IMG/VR virus record: IMGVR_UViG_3300033562_000715
Origin: an uncultured virus (IMG/VR IMGVR_UViG_3300033562_000715)
Lineage: Duplodnaviria; Heunggongvirae; Uroviricota; Caudoviricetes
Strand: one strand, 5' to 3'
DNA length: 64,000 bases
The position numbers were made by a program, and so were the translations under genes. The notes beneath the pieces are model-generated. The model was not told the DNA's origin and did not search any database. It worked only from the letters and a program-made list of their open reading frames with translations. This document shows, piece after piece, positions 30,333 through 40,380 of the stretch. Numbering within the stretch: position 1 is the stretch's first letter; every line of letters begins with the position of its first letter.

Positions 30333-33300
30333 ATGGCAGACGCAAACTTATTAGAAGCATTAAAGAAACAAGGACCAAAAGGATGTTTGGAACAACTTAT
30401 AATATTTGGTAGGGTAAGATGTGCTATAGAGAGACCTAGCATCTTGGGTAAAACTCTAAAGACATCTGAAACAGGTATTTTTGCAATTCTAGACGTATAT
30501 GCAGTGAAATGCAATGGAACAGACTACTTCAAAGAAAAGGGTACAGGTAATCCTTTATCCATATACTTCTCTAAGGGTAGTATGATTATTTACATTGGCA
30601 GTTCAAATTATGTTGGAAAGCATGTAAAAGTCTCAGGTTCTTCAGCTAGATATGGAGCAAAGGTAAAACAGCAGTTAGGTCATAAGTCTGCCTATGACGG
30701 TATTTCTGCTCTTGCATTTGCTAGACAGGGTGATGATTTTGTTATAGTTCCTAATGTAGTAACAGAGTTAGGTGTACATGACCCTGATATTAGGGTAGCA
30801 CCTTTTGAGGACTTTGTTTTAAAGGCTCTACAAGAAGATTCAGAGTTTATTGAGTACCCTATCTCATTAGAGAGTATTATTCCATATGAAGCTTTATCAA
30901 GTTATTCAGAATTATCTGAAATGCCTGATACGCTAACTAAGTTTGTAGCTAGTGATGAAAAAGTAGATATTTCAGAAATAAAGATGACTCTTGTTCATCA
31001 TTTAAAGTCTGCAGACCTTAGCTTAGACTATGATGCATTCAAGGGTGAGATTGAAGAAATGTCCAGAAAACGTAAAGATTATAGAGACTTTTTAGCAAAT
31101 ACTTTACTCTTAATGTATGCAAAATCTCAGGCAATAATTGAAGAAGTAGAAGAGGAACAGGGTATAGAAATCAAATCTACTGCAAGACAAATACGTAGTA
31201 GCTTTATTGAAAATGTGGTAAAGCATAGTAATGAATTAGTAGGTGACTCAAGTATAAAGGGTAAAGTCTATGTAGACCAATTCTTAGAAATACTCTTAAC
31301 GCAAGCAATTGGGTTTGATAAAGATAATACAGACCAAGAAGAAGTTGCTAAAAAGTCAGTAAAGGAAATAGTAGCTACTCTATCAAAGGCTATTTTAGTA
31401 GACCCAGATTGCTTATACCAGAGTTCTATAGAAGATTGTGATTTCGTATTTTTAGAGAGTGACATAAACTTTGCTCTTGCAGTAATTTCTATCTCATTAG
31501 GAATACCTTTTGATGACCTTAGAAACAACTATAGGTTTTGTAATCGTCAAACAACAATGAACTTAGATATATGGTTCTTTGCTTTATTAAACCTACCATA
31601 TTCATTAGGTTTATTGGGTACATCATTAGATATAGTAGACCTAGATAGGGTATATTTCAGTTATTCGAGGGTATACACTGAAGGCTTTGATTCTATTGAA
31701 AGTTTTGAATTAAGAGCTGACCTAGTACTCTTATTAACCTTAGAATCAGCATCTGATAAGGATACTTTAATAGCTAAGAAGTACTTTGCAAATGCTAAAT
31801 TTAAATACCCAGCAAAAGGTTCAAGAGTATTAAGACTAAACTACTTTCCGTTAAAGAAAGACTTGATATGTTTAACCTCTGAAATATGTGAATGTGAAAT
31901 ATTATTATCTCCTGAACATATAGATTATGTTGAAAATATGCCTTGGCATTCAGAAGAACGTATTAATAGGTTGATGGAAGAGGGTATTGTCAACATTATT
32001 GATAATTCAGTTGTTTTAGAGAGAGACTTAGAAAAAGACTTTTTAACATATGACATACTTATTCATAAAGGTATGCAACGCTCGGGAATAATGGAAGGTC
32101 AGGTTCAAAATGCAATAAATGCTTTTGAGGCATCTTGTGGATTTCCTTTAGAAGAACTACAGAAGGAAGGAATTAAGCTTAGCATGTTTAGGGCAGGTGT
32201 TTTGAGTGGTTGTGCAGGTAGTGGTAAAACAACTACAAGTGATTGCATTTCTGACTGTATTAAAGCAAGTCTTAAAAAGTATAAGCTAATATATAGTACT
32301 CCAACGGGTAAAGCTTGTAGACGACTTGCTGAAGTAGTCCACGGTGTTGTTAAGACTATACATTCGCAGTTTGGTGTAGGTCTTTCAGGTGATAGTTATT
32401 TAACTGATGTAAAGTCTAAATTTCAACCTCAAGGTAAACAACCTGTAGTTTATTTATTAGATGAAATGGCTATGGCTAATTCTTCATTAGTATATGAAGT
32501 AGTAAGAAGTTTAGGTAAAGAAGATATTATCTATTTTTTAGGTGATATTAAACAGTTACCATCTATAGGAAAGGGTAACCCATTTTACTTAATGATGAAG
32601 TTTTTACCATGTGTAGAATTGGGGGTAAGCAAAAGAGCAGCTGAGGGTAGTCTTGTAAATTACAATACTCTATTAATAAACTTTATGAGTGACTTAACAG
32701 TACGGGAACTTGCCTTTAATGAAACCGACTTCTTCTGTAGAGAATGTATAGATATTGAGATTCCTAATATGGTACAAAGGGTATGGAGATCTTTTATGGA
32801 TGGTACAATGAATGGTATTAAATATGAAGAAGAAGATATTCAAGTAATAACAGGGTATGCAAAAGAGGACTATATTTTCTCTGCTCCATCCTTGAATAAA
32901 CCTTTACAGAAGCTATTAAGAAGTAAAGATAAATTACTATTTAGGCATACAGATAGAGACTTTTATAGAAATGAAAGAATTATTCATATTAAGACAAACT
33001 CTTATGGTATGCAAAGGTATATTGAGTTGCCTGATGGTACTCTAAAGGGTGTTGTAACATTTGGAATGATTAATGGAGAATCTGGTACATTGGTTGGTAT
33101 AGTTAGCAGTAAAGCTGTAGATGTAGTACCTTTTAGAGACTCAGATATAGAAAACATGGACCTTTATAAAAGGGATTGCGTAGATGCACAAGGTATCACA
33201 GACTTACTTGAAGTACGTCAATCAAGAGACGATATGCGAGATGACTCTTTAATTAAAGACCCTGACACCTATTTCGTTAAAGTAAAAGTTTATGATTCAG

Positions 33301-33641
33301 ATTTAGGCATTGATGTATATGCTCTGTATGTTGCAAGAGCTCATAGACAAGATGATATCTTAGTTTTAACAGGTTCAGATGTAGGTAATCTTGATTATGC
33401 ATATGCTTTAACAACTCATAAGATGCAAGGCAGCCAATCTAAAGTAGTAATACTTCCTTTTGGAAGTGCTTGTAATCCTAACTTCATAAATAGAAACATG
33501 ATGAATACAATGGTCACTAGAAGTCAAGGTATTGTATGTTTAGTTGGTACGATAAAGGGTGAAGACTCCCCAGTAACTAGGGGTAGACAAATTCCAAGTC
33601 CAATAAAAGTTAATGATGTACTTAGCATTTTAAGTAAATAA
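30333..33641 (+). CDS. RecD2/TraA-like SF1B helicase with long N-terminal region
   Basis: GCAGSGKTT, TPTGKACRRL, LLDEMAM, GDIKQLPSIG, AYALTTHKMQGSQ, VTRS. Confidence 0.9.
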   Translation: MADANLLEALKKQGPKGCLEQLIIFGRVRCAIERPSILGKTLKTSETGIFAILDVYAVKCNGTDYFKEKGTGNPLSIYFSKGSMIIYIGSSNYVGKHVKVSGSSARYGAKVKQQLGHKSAYDGISALAFARQGDDFVIVPNVVTELGVHDPDIRVAPFEDFVLKALQEDSEFIEYPISLESIIPYEALSSYSELSEMPDTLTKFVASDEKVDISEIKMTLVHHLKSADLSLDYDAFKGEIEEMSRKRKDYRDFLANTLLLMYAKSQAIIEEVEEEQGIEIKSTARQIRSSFIENVVKHSNELVGDSSIKGKVYVDQFLEILLTQAIGFDKDNTDQEEVAKKSVKEIVATLSKAILVDPDCLYQSSIEDCDFVFLESDINFALAVISISLGIPFDDLRNNYRFCNRQTTMNLDIWFFALLNLPYSLGLLGTSLDIVDLDRVYFSYSRVYTEGFDSIESFELRADLVLLLTLESASDKDTLIAKKYFANAKFKYPAKGSRVLRLNYFPLKKDLICLTSEICECEILLSPEHIDYVENMPWHSEERINRLMEEGIVNIIDNSVVLERDLEKDFLTYDILIHKGMQRSGIMEGQVQNAINAFEASCGFPLEELQKEGIKLSMFRAGVLSGCAGSGKTTTSDCISDCIKASLKKYKLIYSTPTGKACRRLAEVVHGVVKTIHSQFGVGLSGDSYLTDVKSKFQPQGKQPVVYLLDEMAMANSSLVYEVVRSLGKEDIIYFLGDIKQLPSIGKGNPFYLMMKFLPCVELGVSKRAAEGSLVNYNTLLINFMSDLTVRELAFNETDFFCRECIDIEIPNMVQRVWRSFMDGTMNGIKYEEEDIQVITGYAKEDYIFSAPSLNKPLQKLLRSKDKLLFRHTDRDFYRNERIIHIKTNSYGMQRYIELPDGTLKGVVTFGMINGESGTLVGIVSSKAVDVVPFRDSDIENMDLYKRDCVDAQGITDLLEVRQSRDDMRDDSLIKDPDTYFVKVKVYDSDLGIDVYALYVARAHRQDDILVLTGSDVGNLDYAYALTTHKMQGSQSKVVILPFGSACNPNFINRNMMNTMVTRSQGIVCLVGTIKGEDSPVTRGRQIPSPIKVNDVLSILSK

Positions 33642-33654
33642 AGGGGGTTATACC

Positions 33655-33837
33655 TTGTCTAAAACAAAGAAGGATAAAAGATGGAAGTGTTTGAAGAGAT
33701 TGGATTCCATGTCCGATGCAGATGTGCTAAACTTACATAGAAAGTTATATTTGAAGTCGGGTATTATGTCATTCGGAGGCTTTCTAATTTTTATAATATG
33801 TATCGTTGTAGTTATAATGATTATACCAACATTATAA
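33655..33837 (+). CDS. small membrane protein
   Basis: C-terminal hydrophobic helix; GGGGG RBS. Confidence 0.55.
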   Translation: MSKTKKDKRWKCLKRLDSMSDADVLNLHRKLYLKSGIMSFGGFLIFIICIVVVIMIIPTL

Positions 33838-33850
33838 TAGTATTGGAGGG

Positions 33851-34621
33851 TTGTATCAAATGTTAACTAGGGAAGAGTACATTGATTATTGTACGAGGTT
33901 TAAAAAGGTAGTTAGCTTTTTAAAGGTAAATAGTAAACCAGCAGATGTAGTTGCTAGAGAAATCTGTAATAAACGTAAGTATATGCCAGAGAGAATGACT
34001 AGTATATTAGTTGAAGCTGGTTTTATGTTTATAGAAGATAGTAGTTGTTATGAAAAACTACGTTCTGCAGGAGATGATTTAGCATTATTCTCATCTAATG
34101 GTACTTTCTTACTTGAGGGTAGGTACATCTTTCCAGTGTATGACATGTTGGGTAATCCAGTAGCATTAATTGGTTGGTTTCCAGATGAAAAGAAATATAT
34201 AACAACTCCGAGTAAGTTATTTAGTAAGAGTTGTTTATTTTATGGAATGGAACAACTTAGTAGGACGGGTATAGGAAAGGATTATGTTTTAGTAGAAGGT
34301 ATATTTGATTGCTTGTCAGTAAGGTCTATTGGATTGCCTTGTGTGGCTCAGATGGGTATAGATAGTTCTAGATACAAAAGGAGTATGTATTCATTATTCA
34401 AATCTTTTGTAGCAATACCTGATAAAGACTCTGAGGGTAGAAAGGTTATAAATAGTGATAAGTGGAAACTTCCTAGTAGTAGTAAATACTTTAAGTGGTC
34501 AGGAGACAAGAGCAAAGATATTGATATTTTGTGTAACTCTTATGAGGAAGAAGACATAAGGGACTTGCTCTTAGAGGTTTTTAGTGACTCGGATAGGGTA
34601 GTGAATAAGCAGATAGGTTAA
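33851..34621 (+). CDS. DnaG-type primase catalytic core (TOPRIM) lacking the zinc-binding domain
   Basis: GRYIFPV, KYITTP, FSKSCLFYG, VLVEGIFDCL, PDKDSEG motifs. Confidence 0.88.
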   Translation: MYQMLTREEYIDYCTRFKKVVSFLKVNSKPADVVAREICNKRKYMPERMTSILVEAGFMFIEDSSCYEKLRSAGDDLALFSSNGTFLLEGRYIFPVYDMLGNPVALIGWFPDEKKYITTPSKLFSKSCLFYGMEQLSRTGIGKDYVLVEGIFDCLSVRSIGLPCVAQMGIDSSRYKRSMYSLFKSFVAIPDKDSEGRKVINSDKWKLPSSSKYFKWSGDKSKDIDILCNSYEEEDIRDLLLEVFSDSDRVVNKQIG

Positions 34622-34629
34622 GGTGAAAG

Positions 34630-34911
34630 ATGAACTTTAAAGATAAAGTAAATAAAGATATGGGTTTACCTACTGAGTGTTACGAAGAACAAAGTAAACA
34701 ATGTATGGGTACAGTTAAAGAATCAAAATCAATAGTAGCATACTTAAGGTCAATAGTATCATATGTAATGGCTTTATTGCCTATCTATTTAGTTTTATTC
34801 TTTGTATTTAGTGGAGATATGTTTAGAATGATTAAAGTTATGGCACATAGCTTAACCTTATTTACTGTAGAACTTGTACATGACTTTATATCTTTTGTGT
34901 TTCTTACATAA
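34630..34911 (+). CDS. small membrane protein
   Basis: Hydrophobic central and C-terminal segments. Confidence 0.6.
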   Translation: MNFKDKVNKDMGLPTECYEEQSKQCMGTVKESKSIVAYLRSIVSYVMALLPIYLVLFFVFSGDMFRMIKVMAHSLTLFTVELVHDFISFVFLT

Positions 34912-34944
34912 TGTAATACTTATTGGTTTAGAAAGGTTGTAAAT

Positions 34945-35112
34945 ATGAATAAAGAAGATTTCAATAAGAAAAAAGAAGACATAGACAAGAAGAAAGAAAA
35001 TTATTCTATTTTTATTGCAGCTATAATAGGCTTTATAATAGTATGTTTTTGTTATTTGAATTCTTTATGGGGTATTTGGGATTACTTTATAGGTTACATA
35101 AGTGTCTTTTAA
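34945..35112 (+). CDS. small membrane protein (55 aa)
   Basis: MNKEDFNKKKEDIDKKKENYSIFIAAIIGFIIVCFC... after GAAAGG; below ORF-track cutoff. Confidence 0.55.
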   Translation: MNKEDFNKKKEDIDKKKENYSIFIAAIIGFIIVCFCYLNSLWGIWDYFIGYISVF

Positions 35113-35144
35113 TAGGGTAAATTTATCAGTGTTTGGAGGTGTAA

Positions 35145-35354
35145 ATGTGTATGAAGAGAATAGATAAGGCTTTTAAGCTATTAAGGGGAAAAGGTAGAGA
35201 TGAAATAATTACTAACTATTGCCCTTGCATCTTAATTAAATCTCTTCCAGACTTTGATATAGATAGTTATAAGTTTGAAGACTCTTGTATTGAGAGAGGT
35301 TGTAGAGGTCTCACTTGTGATGCATGTTGGGACAAAGAAATAGAAGAAAAATAA
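35145..35354 (+). CDS. Cys-rich small protein, paralog of next gene
   Basis: CP...GCRGLTCDACWDKEI. Confidence 0.7.
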   Translation: MCMKRIDKAFKLLRGKGRDEIITNYCPCILIKSLPDFDIDSYKFEDSCIERGCRGLTCDACWDKEIEEK

Positions 35355-35374
35355 GAGAAAAAAGAGGAACTAAA

Positions 35375-35749
35375 ATGACAAGAATAGAAAAAGCAATTGA
35401 AATTGAATCAAAAAATATAAAAGATAGTATAATTGCAGGAAGATGCCCATATAATATTGATAACAAATTACCTGATTTGGAGGATGAAACAAAAACATTT
35501 GATTCATATGGACATACAATTGGTTGTAGAGGTCTCAAATGTGAGGAATGTTGGAATCAGGAAATAGTAGAAGTAAAAGAATTAAATTGTTATGACTGCG
35601 AAAAAAGTGATTTCTTCTATAACGATGCTAGAAGTTGTGATGGACCTTATTCACTATGTGAATGTAAAATTAATGGGATGGATGTTCTTTTTAATTACCG
35701 ATGTAAAACAAGACATTCAAAATGTCCTTTAAGGCAGGAAGATAAATAA
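35375..35749 (+). CDS. Cys-rich protein with extra C-terminal Cys module
   Basis: CP...GCRGLKCEECWNQEI followed by CYDC...CPL. Confidence 0.7.
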   Translation: MTRIEKAIEIESKNIKDSIIAGRCPYNIDNKLPDLEDETKTFDSYGHTIGCRGLKCEECWNQEIVEVKELNCYDCEKSDFFYNDARSCDGPYSLCECKINGMDVLFNYRCKTRHSKCPLRQEDK

Positions 35750-35859
35750 AAGAAACACTTCAAGAAGACTGTTGGAACAAAGAACTACGTTAGTAGCTAT
35801 TCAGTTGGTTATCTTTGGTAAACAACTTAGCAATAAATTAATAAAGAAAGGAGTTAATT

Positions 35860-36384
35860 ATGAAGACGTTAAAACCAGAACTACTACCAAGGGTATCAAA
35901 ATGGTTAAATGATTTTAGTTTTGTATTGCAAGACAATACGAATATTTACACATTGTTTAGAGCTAGAGTTCGTTGTAATGAAAGTGGCAACATCTGTGTT
36001 GATTTTTTAGCAGGTGATATTAATGGTAACTTCAAGAATCCTAGTTTTGAGTATAGTCAGGAAACTGAAGAGTTTTACTATGGCAGTGACTCTAAGTTTA
36101 GATTTAAAGACTTAAGTGAAGTAGCAGTAGCCTTAAAAACGTTAGTTGGTAACTTCGAAGCTTTTGAACAACCTATTGACAGAGTACTTTTTGATATGCA
36201 CGATAAAAAGAACTTGTCAGCAGGGTATGTTAAACCAGCTTTAAATACTAAAAGTGATGTTGCTCTTTATTTGTCAGCAGTAAAAGATTTTGTTAATGAT
36301 GCAAACTTCGGTTTGTCAGATGCAGTAACCACCTTAAACGGTGAGGGTATTGAAGAACTTTGTGGCGATTGGTCAGCAGAATAG
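35860..36384 (+). CDS. hypothetical protein
   Basis: AAGGAG RBS, 174 aa. Confidence 0.75.
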   Translation: MKTLKPELLPRVSKWLNDFSFVLQDNTNIYTLFRARVRCNESGNICVDFLAGDINGNFKNPSFEYSQETEEFYYGSDSKFRFKDLSEVAVALKTLVGNFEAFEQPIDRVLFDMHDKKNLSAGYVKPALNTKSDVALYLSAVKDFVNDANFGLSDAVTTLNGEGIEELCGDWSAE

Positions 36385-36395
36385 GGAGGTCTTGA

Positions 36396-36770
36396 ATGAA
36401 CAAAATATTGGATTTATTCTCAAAGGAGGCTACGATTGGTACAGTGTTAGTATTATTAGCTATCATCGGTTTTTATCTCTTAGTAAGTTATAGAACTTTT
36501 CATTTGGCAAGAAGAAAAGGCTACAGGGTAAAACCCCTTGCTTTTGTACCAGTTGTAAACCTTATAGTTTTTGTAATTTTGGTAGGCAAAAAGACAAGAG
36601 ATGATTATTGGGAAGATATAGACTCTTGGGATGAAGATTGGGATGATGATGAGTCTTGGGACGATTCTTTAGAAGATGAACCTGAGAGTACTTCAACTGA
36701 TGACTTTTTGGAAGAAGTACTTAAAGATGAATCAACATCTGCTGAAGTTGTAGAAGAAGTAAAGAAGTAG
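36396..36770 (+). CDS. two-TM membrane protein with acidic Trp/Asp-rich tail
   Basis: Two hydrophobic helices around ARRKGY; DSWDEDWDDDESWDD tail. Confidence 0.75.
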   Translation: MNKILDLFSKEATIGTVLVLLAIIGFYLLVSYRTFHLARRKGYRVKPLAFVPVVNLIVFVILVGKKTRDDYWEDIDSWDEDWDDDESWDDSLEDEPESTSTDDFLEEVLKDESTSAEVVEEVKK

Positions 36771-36798
36771 TTTTAGTATTTAATTTCAATATTTAGTT

Positions 36799-36853
36799 AA
36801 AAGGGTATATATTCTTGCAAGTACTCGTAAGCCTTTAGAATGTATACCTTTTT
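36799..36853 (+). terminator. hairpin, probable terminator
   Basis: AAAAGGGTATATATTCT...AGAATGTATACCTTTTT inverted repeat. Confidence 0.55.
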
Positions 36854-37034
36854 ATGAAGTATTATTAAGAAATACGTTTTTAGTGTATATTTGTGGGGAT
36901 ACTATTTCCCTTTGAATATAAGATAGCCTTAAATATAGCTATCGTTACCTAACTCTTTAATTTACCTAAGCACAAAAGTGAATATGTAGATTACCGAGAA
37001 CACCTAAACACCTAATTTTAAGGAGGATTTTGTC

Positions 37035-38075
37035 ATGAGAAAAATGACCCCAGTGGTACTTAACACGGAAGCAGAGCAGGAAGTTTCAAAACAACTTGGA
37101 ACACAAGAACTAGCAAAAGCAGCACCTAAATCGAGGGATCCAATCAATTTCCCAGTATTTGAAGTGCCAGTAAACAGTAAAGTATTATGTTATGTACCAA
37201 AACACATTGTTCAAGGAGCTGATGGTAAAGATGTTTTACGCATGGATAAACCATTAATTCATTCTTTGCAGGTAGGAAAATCATACATGAGCGTAAGATG
37301 TATTCAAGGTCTTGTTGTTGAATCCGCAGGTTACACAGGTGATTGTCCATTATGTGATGGTTGTTCAGAACCTTGGGATCTAGCTAATGCGATTATTCAG
37401 CAAAAATGTTCACAGGCTAATCTTGACGCAGATGACAAAGAAGCTGAAAATGTAAAAGCAATTAGAAGTGCAGCATATTCTGACAGAGATCTTAAAGATA
37501 GTAACCGATACTTCACATTTCCTATCGTTGTTTTTGAGACTGAAGGAGATGAGGGTAAAGTTCCTCTTAAAGATGAGAATGGCGAACTAAAATTCAAAAC
37601 ATATTGGTATTCTGTATCAGAAACCAAATGGGAAGAAACTTGGGCAAAGACTTTAGAAGGAATGGAAGATGAACCTAATCATCCAGGTGGTCACTTCTTT
37701 ATCCTGAATTACTGTTACAAACCTAAACGTGGAGAACCTAACAAAAGAGATTCAGCACGTGCACTTGCAGTAATCGCTAAGAAGATTGGTAAATCGGAAA
37801 AACTTAGAGAAGCTTTAGATAAAAGAACAGAAGACTGGACAGTTGAAAAAGCAAGAGAAACTATTATCAGCCACGCTCTTTTCAGTCCTGCAGATTTAGC
37901 TATTTTAGCAGATGATGCTCTAGAAAGCACACGTAATCTGTTAGCATTGTATGAAGCAGCTAAAGCAGGTGTAACAACAAAGGCAACGGACGAAGCACCT
38001 ATGAAACTTACAGAAAAGGTAGAAGAAACTCCTGAAGAGGTAGACATGGGCGAAACTGACCTAGATTTGGAATAA
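37035..38075 (+). CDS. gp32-like single-stranded DNA-binding protein
   Basis: H...C...DCPLC zinc motif, acidic C-terminal tail, strong RBS, position in the replication cluster. Confidence 0.65.
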   Translation: MRKMTPVVLNTEAEQEVSKQLGTQELAKAAPKSRDPINFPVFEVPVNSKVLCYVPKHIVQGADGKDVLRMDKPLIHSLQVGKSYMSVRCIQGLVVESAGYTGDCPLCDGCSEPWDLANAIIQQKCSQANLDADDKEAENVKAIRSAAYSDRDLKDSNRYFTFPIVVFETEGDEGKVPLKDENGELKFKTYWYSVSETKWEETWAKTLEGMEDEPNHPGGHFFILNYCYKPKRGEPNKRDSARALAVIAKKIGKSEKLREALDKRTEDWTVEKARETIISHALFSPADLAILADDALESTRNLLALYEAAKAGVTTKATDEAPMKLTEKVEETPEEVDMGETDLDLE

Positions 38076-38094
38076 GACTTACAGGTCTTATCAG

Positions 38095-38130
38095 AAAGGG
38101 GTATGAATTCATCTTCATATCCCTTTTTAT
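38095..38130 (+). terminator. intrinsic terminator
   Basis: AAAGGGGTATGAA-loop-TTCATATCCCTTT plus T-run. Confidence 0.7.
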
Positions 38131-38184
38131 TTTTGAATAAATATGGTAAAATGTATTATATAGATATTATATGGAAAGGAGAAT

Positions 38185-39348
38185 ATGATAGTGGAATATA
38201 GTAAAATTAAGTCAGTAGAAGTTTTCAACTTTATGGGTTATAAACATGCTATAATGAATTTTGATGATAAACAAATCATTAATCTTAAGGGCTTTAATAG
38301 TGGTGGTAAATCATCTTTATTAAAAGCTTGTGCAGTATGTTTAATAAACCTTTATGCGAGAGAACAAGCTAAATTAATTAAACATGGAGAAGATTACTTC
38401 AGGGTAATTGTTAGGTTTGATGATGGTGTTTTAATCGTAAGAGATAAATATCTTAATGGTCAATCTCTCTATGAAATGTACAGTGGTAAGAAGTGCCTTT
38501 ATTCATCGAAGCAGGGTAGTAAACTTGCAAAGATTGATGGTGTACCTACTATAATTCAAGATTATCTTGGATTATTAACAACTGAGACTGGTTGCTTAAA
38601 CTATCAGACACGAGATGACCTAATGTACTTAGCAGAAACTAAGGGTAGCGAGAATTACTTCTCTTTAAATGAAGTATTAAAGACAGTAGAACTTGCTAGA
38701 GCCAATGCTATAGTTAACTCAGATAAAAATAAGTTAAACTCTGATATAGCAGGTATTGAGGGTGATATTCAACAAAGCACATTATTATTACAGTCTTTAT
38801 CAGATATTAATGAAGAACTAATTGTTGCTTTGTCAGAGCGTGAGATGTATGCTCAAGGGTTAATACAAAAAGTTAACTATATCGAAAGGGTACAGTCTAC
38901 TTTAAGTGAATTAGATTCATTGGTATTTTATCCATTAGTAGAGAATATTGATATTAGAAAAATGAATTCTTGTTTAGAAATTCAAAATTCATTATTAGAA
39001 ATTGGAAAGCTTGTTAAGTATCCAGAATTATCTAGTATTGGTGTAACAAAGTTAAGTGCAATCGAAAATCTGTACAATACATTGGGTACTTTATCCAAAT
39101 TAGATTCTAGTTTGGTCAATGTTACATTAGAAGTTCTTAACATTGATAAGTATCAACCTTTGAATAGATTGCATACTGAGTTAAAAGACTTGGGTGAATT
39201 ATTAGTAACCACAGGGGATTTAAAGAAAGAAGAAGAACTGTTAATTCAAGAACGAGAGAAACTTGTTAATGAAGCAAAAGAAAAGGGTATTAAGTTTGTA
39301 GTATGTGATAATTGTGGTACAATGATGGAGGTAGAGACCAATGGCTAG
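38185..39348 (+). CDS. SbcC/Rad50-like ATPase, N-terminal half (Walker A, coiled coil, terminal CxxC hook)
   Basis: IKSVEVFNFMGY, GFNSGGKSS, Q-loop LNYQ, ends CDNCG. Confidence 0.85.
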   Translation: MIVEYSKIKSVEVFNFMGYKHAIMNFDDKQIINLKGFNSGGKSSLLKACAVCLINLYAREQAKLIKHGEDYFRVIVRFDDGVLIVRDKYLNGQSLYEMYSGKKCLYSSKQGSKLAKIDGVPTIIQDYLGLLTTETGCLNYQTRDDLMYLAETKGSENYFSLNEVLKTVELARANAIVNSDKNKLNSDIAGIEGDIQQSTLLLQSLSDINEELIVALSEREMYAQGLIQKVNYIERVQSTLSELDSLVFYPLVENIDIRKMNSCLEIQNSLLEIGKLVKYPELSSIGVTKLSAIENLYNTLGTLSKLDSSLVNVTLEVLNIDKYQPLNRLHTELKDLGELLVTTGDLKKEEELLIQEREKLVNEAKEKGIKFVVCDNCGTMMEVETNG

Positions 39349-40366
39349 TAAAAAAGAAAGCTTTGAATTCTCTAGAAAGTCCTTTGAGGTAAAAGATGGT
39401 AAAATACTGATTTTTGGAGATATGCACTTTAGTTCTTCTTATGAAGGTCAGCACATCAATTATACTCTAGACTGTTACAGGAATATGGAAAGAATATTAG
39501 AATTGGTAACTAAAGAGAAACCTAAAGCTGTATTTTTCTTAGGGGACTTAGTGGGGGTAAACGAAAGAAACCTTAAAGACCACCAGTTCTTAATGCGAGT
39601 AATGATGTTCTTTGCAAAACTCAATTCTGCTTGTAAAGGTAATGTATACAGTGTAAAAGGTAACCATGAAATGGGTGACTTTTCAACCTTTGATTTGTTA
39701 ACAGGTCTTAATTATGTTAAGAACCCAACATTCGTGGATTACTATGGTAAGGACTCTAAAGAGGTAAGGTTCCATTTTGTTAACTATGGTGATGAACGTT
39801 TAGCTTTAGAGATTGAAGAGTCTGAAGATTACTCTAACATTGTATTAGGTCACGCTGAGTACTTTATTGACGGGGTAACTAATTGGTATTCTGCTAAACA
39901 GGGTATTGAAGTAAAAACCTTAAAGAACTTTCAAGGTGTTGAACTAATCTTCTCAGGTCATATACACACACCCTCGGATGAAGTTCTTTATTCAAATTTA
40001 CCTAATGGTGACCCAATAGGGTTGTTTTACCCAGGTTCTCCAAGTAGAACTTCAGAACGTTTCAATGATTGTTGGTATGTAGCTTTTGATTATTCAAAAG
40101 ACAATATGTCAACAATATACAATGCTGAGCTATTTGGTTTACCAAGTGCAGAAGATATTTTTTACCCAAAGGAAAACTTTGAGATAGATGAAAATGAGTT
40201 AACTATTGAAGAACGTCAAAACAGAGCGTTAGATGATATTGTTGATGAAGTGTTAAATTGTCGTATAGACACTGGAGACTTATTTGCTCAGATTGATTTA
40301 TTACCATCTAGTTTAGACGTAAAAGACATGGCAAAGAAGTATTTAAGACAAGCAATGGAAATTTAG
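39341..40366 (+). CDS. sbcD: SbcD/Mre11-like metallophosphoesterase nuclease
   Basis: GDMH, LGDL, KGNHE, LGH, SGHIH, YPGSP motifs. Confidence 0.9.
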   Translation: MASKKESFEFSRKSFEVKDGKILIFGDMHFSSSYEGQHINYTLDCYRNMERILELVTKEKPKAVFFLGDLVGVNERNLKDHQFLMRVMMFFAKLNSACKGNVYSVKGNHEMGDFSTFDLLTGLNYVKNPTFVDYYGKDSKEVRFHFVNYGDERLALEIEESEDYSNIVLGHAEYFIDGVTNWYSAKQGIEVKTLKNFQGVELIFSGHIHTPSDEVLYSNLPNGDPIGLFYPGSPSRTSERFNDCWYVAFDYSKDNMSTIYNAELFGLPSAEDIFYPKENFEIDENELTIEERQNRALDDIVDEVLNCRIDTGDLFAQIDLLPSSLDVKDMAKKYLRQAMEI

Positions 40367-40380
40367 TAAAAATATGAAAG

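Noticed and set aside
20918..33641. Inteins or introns in the oversized polymerase and RecD-like helicase
   Set aside because: Extra length is mainly terminal; catalytic motifs are in normal order and no intein splice or LAGLIDADG motifs were seen.
12182..37350. Nested + strand alternative-frame ORFs (12182..12370, 22968..23222)
   Set aside because: Short, inside conserved genes, no RBS or motif.
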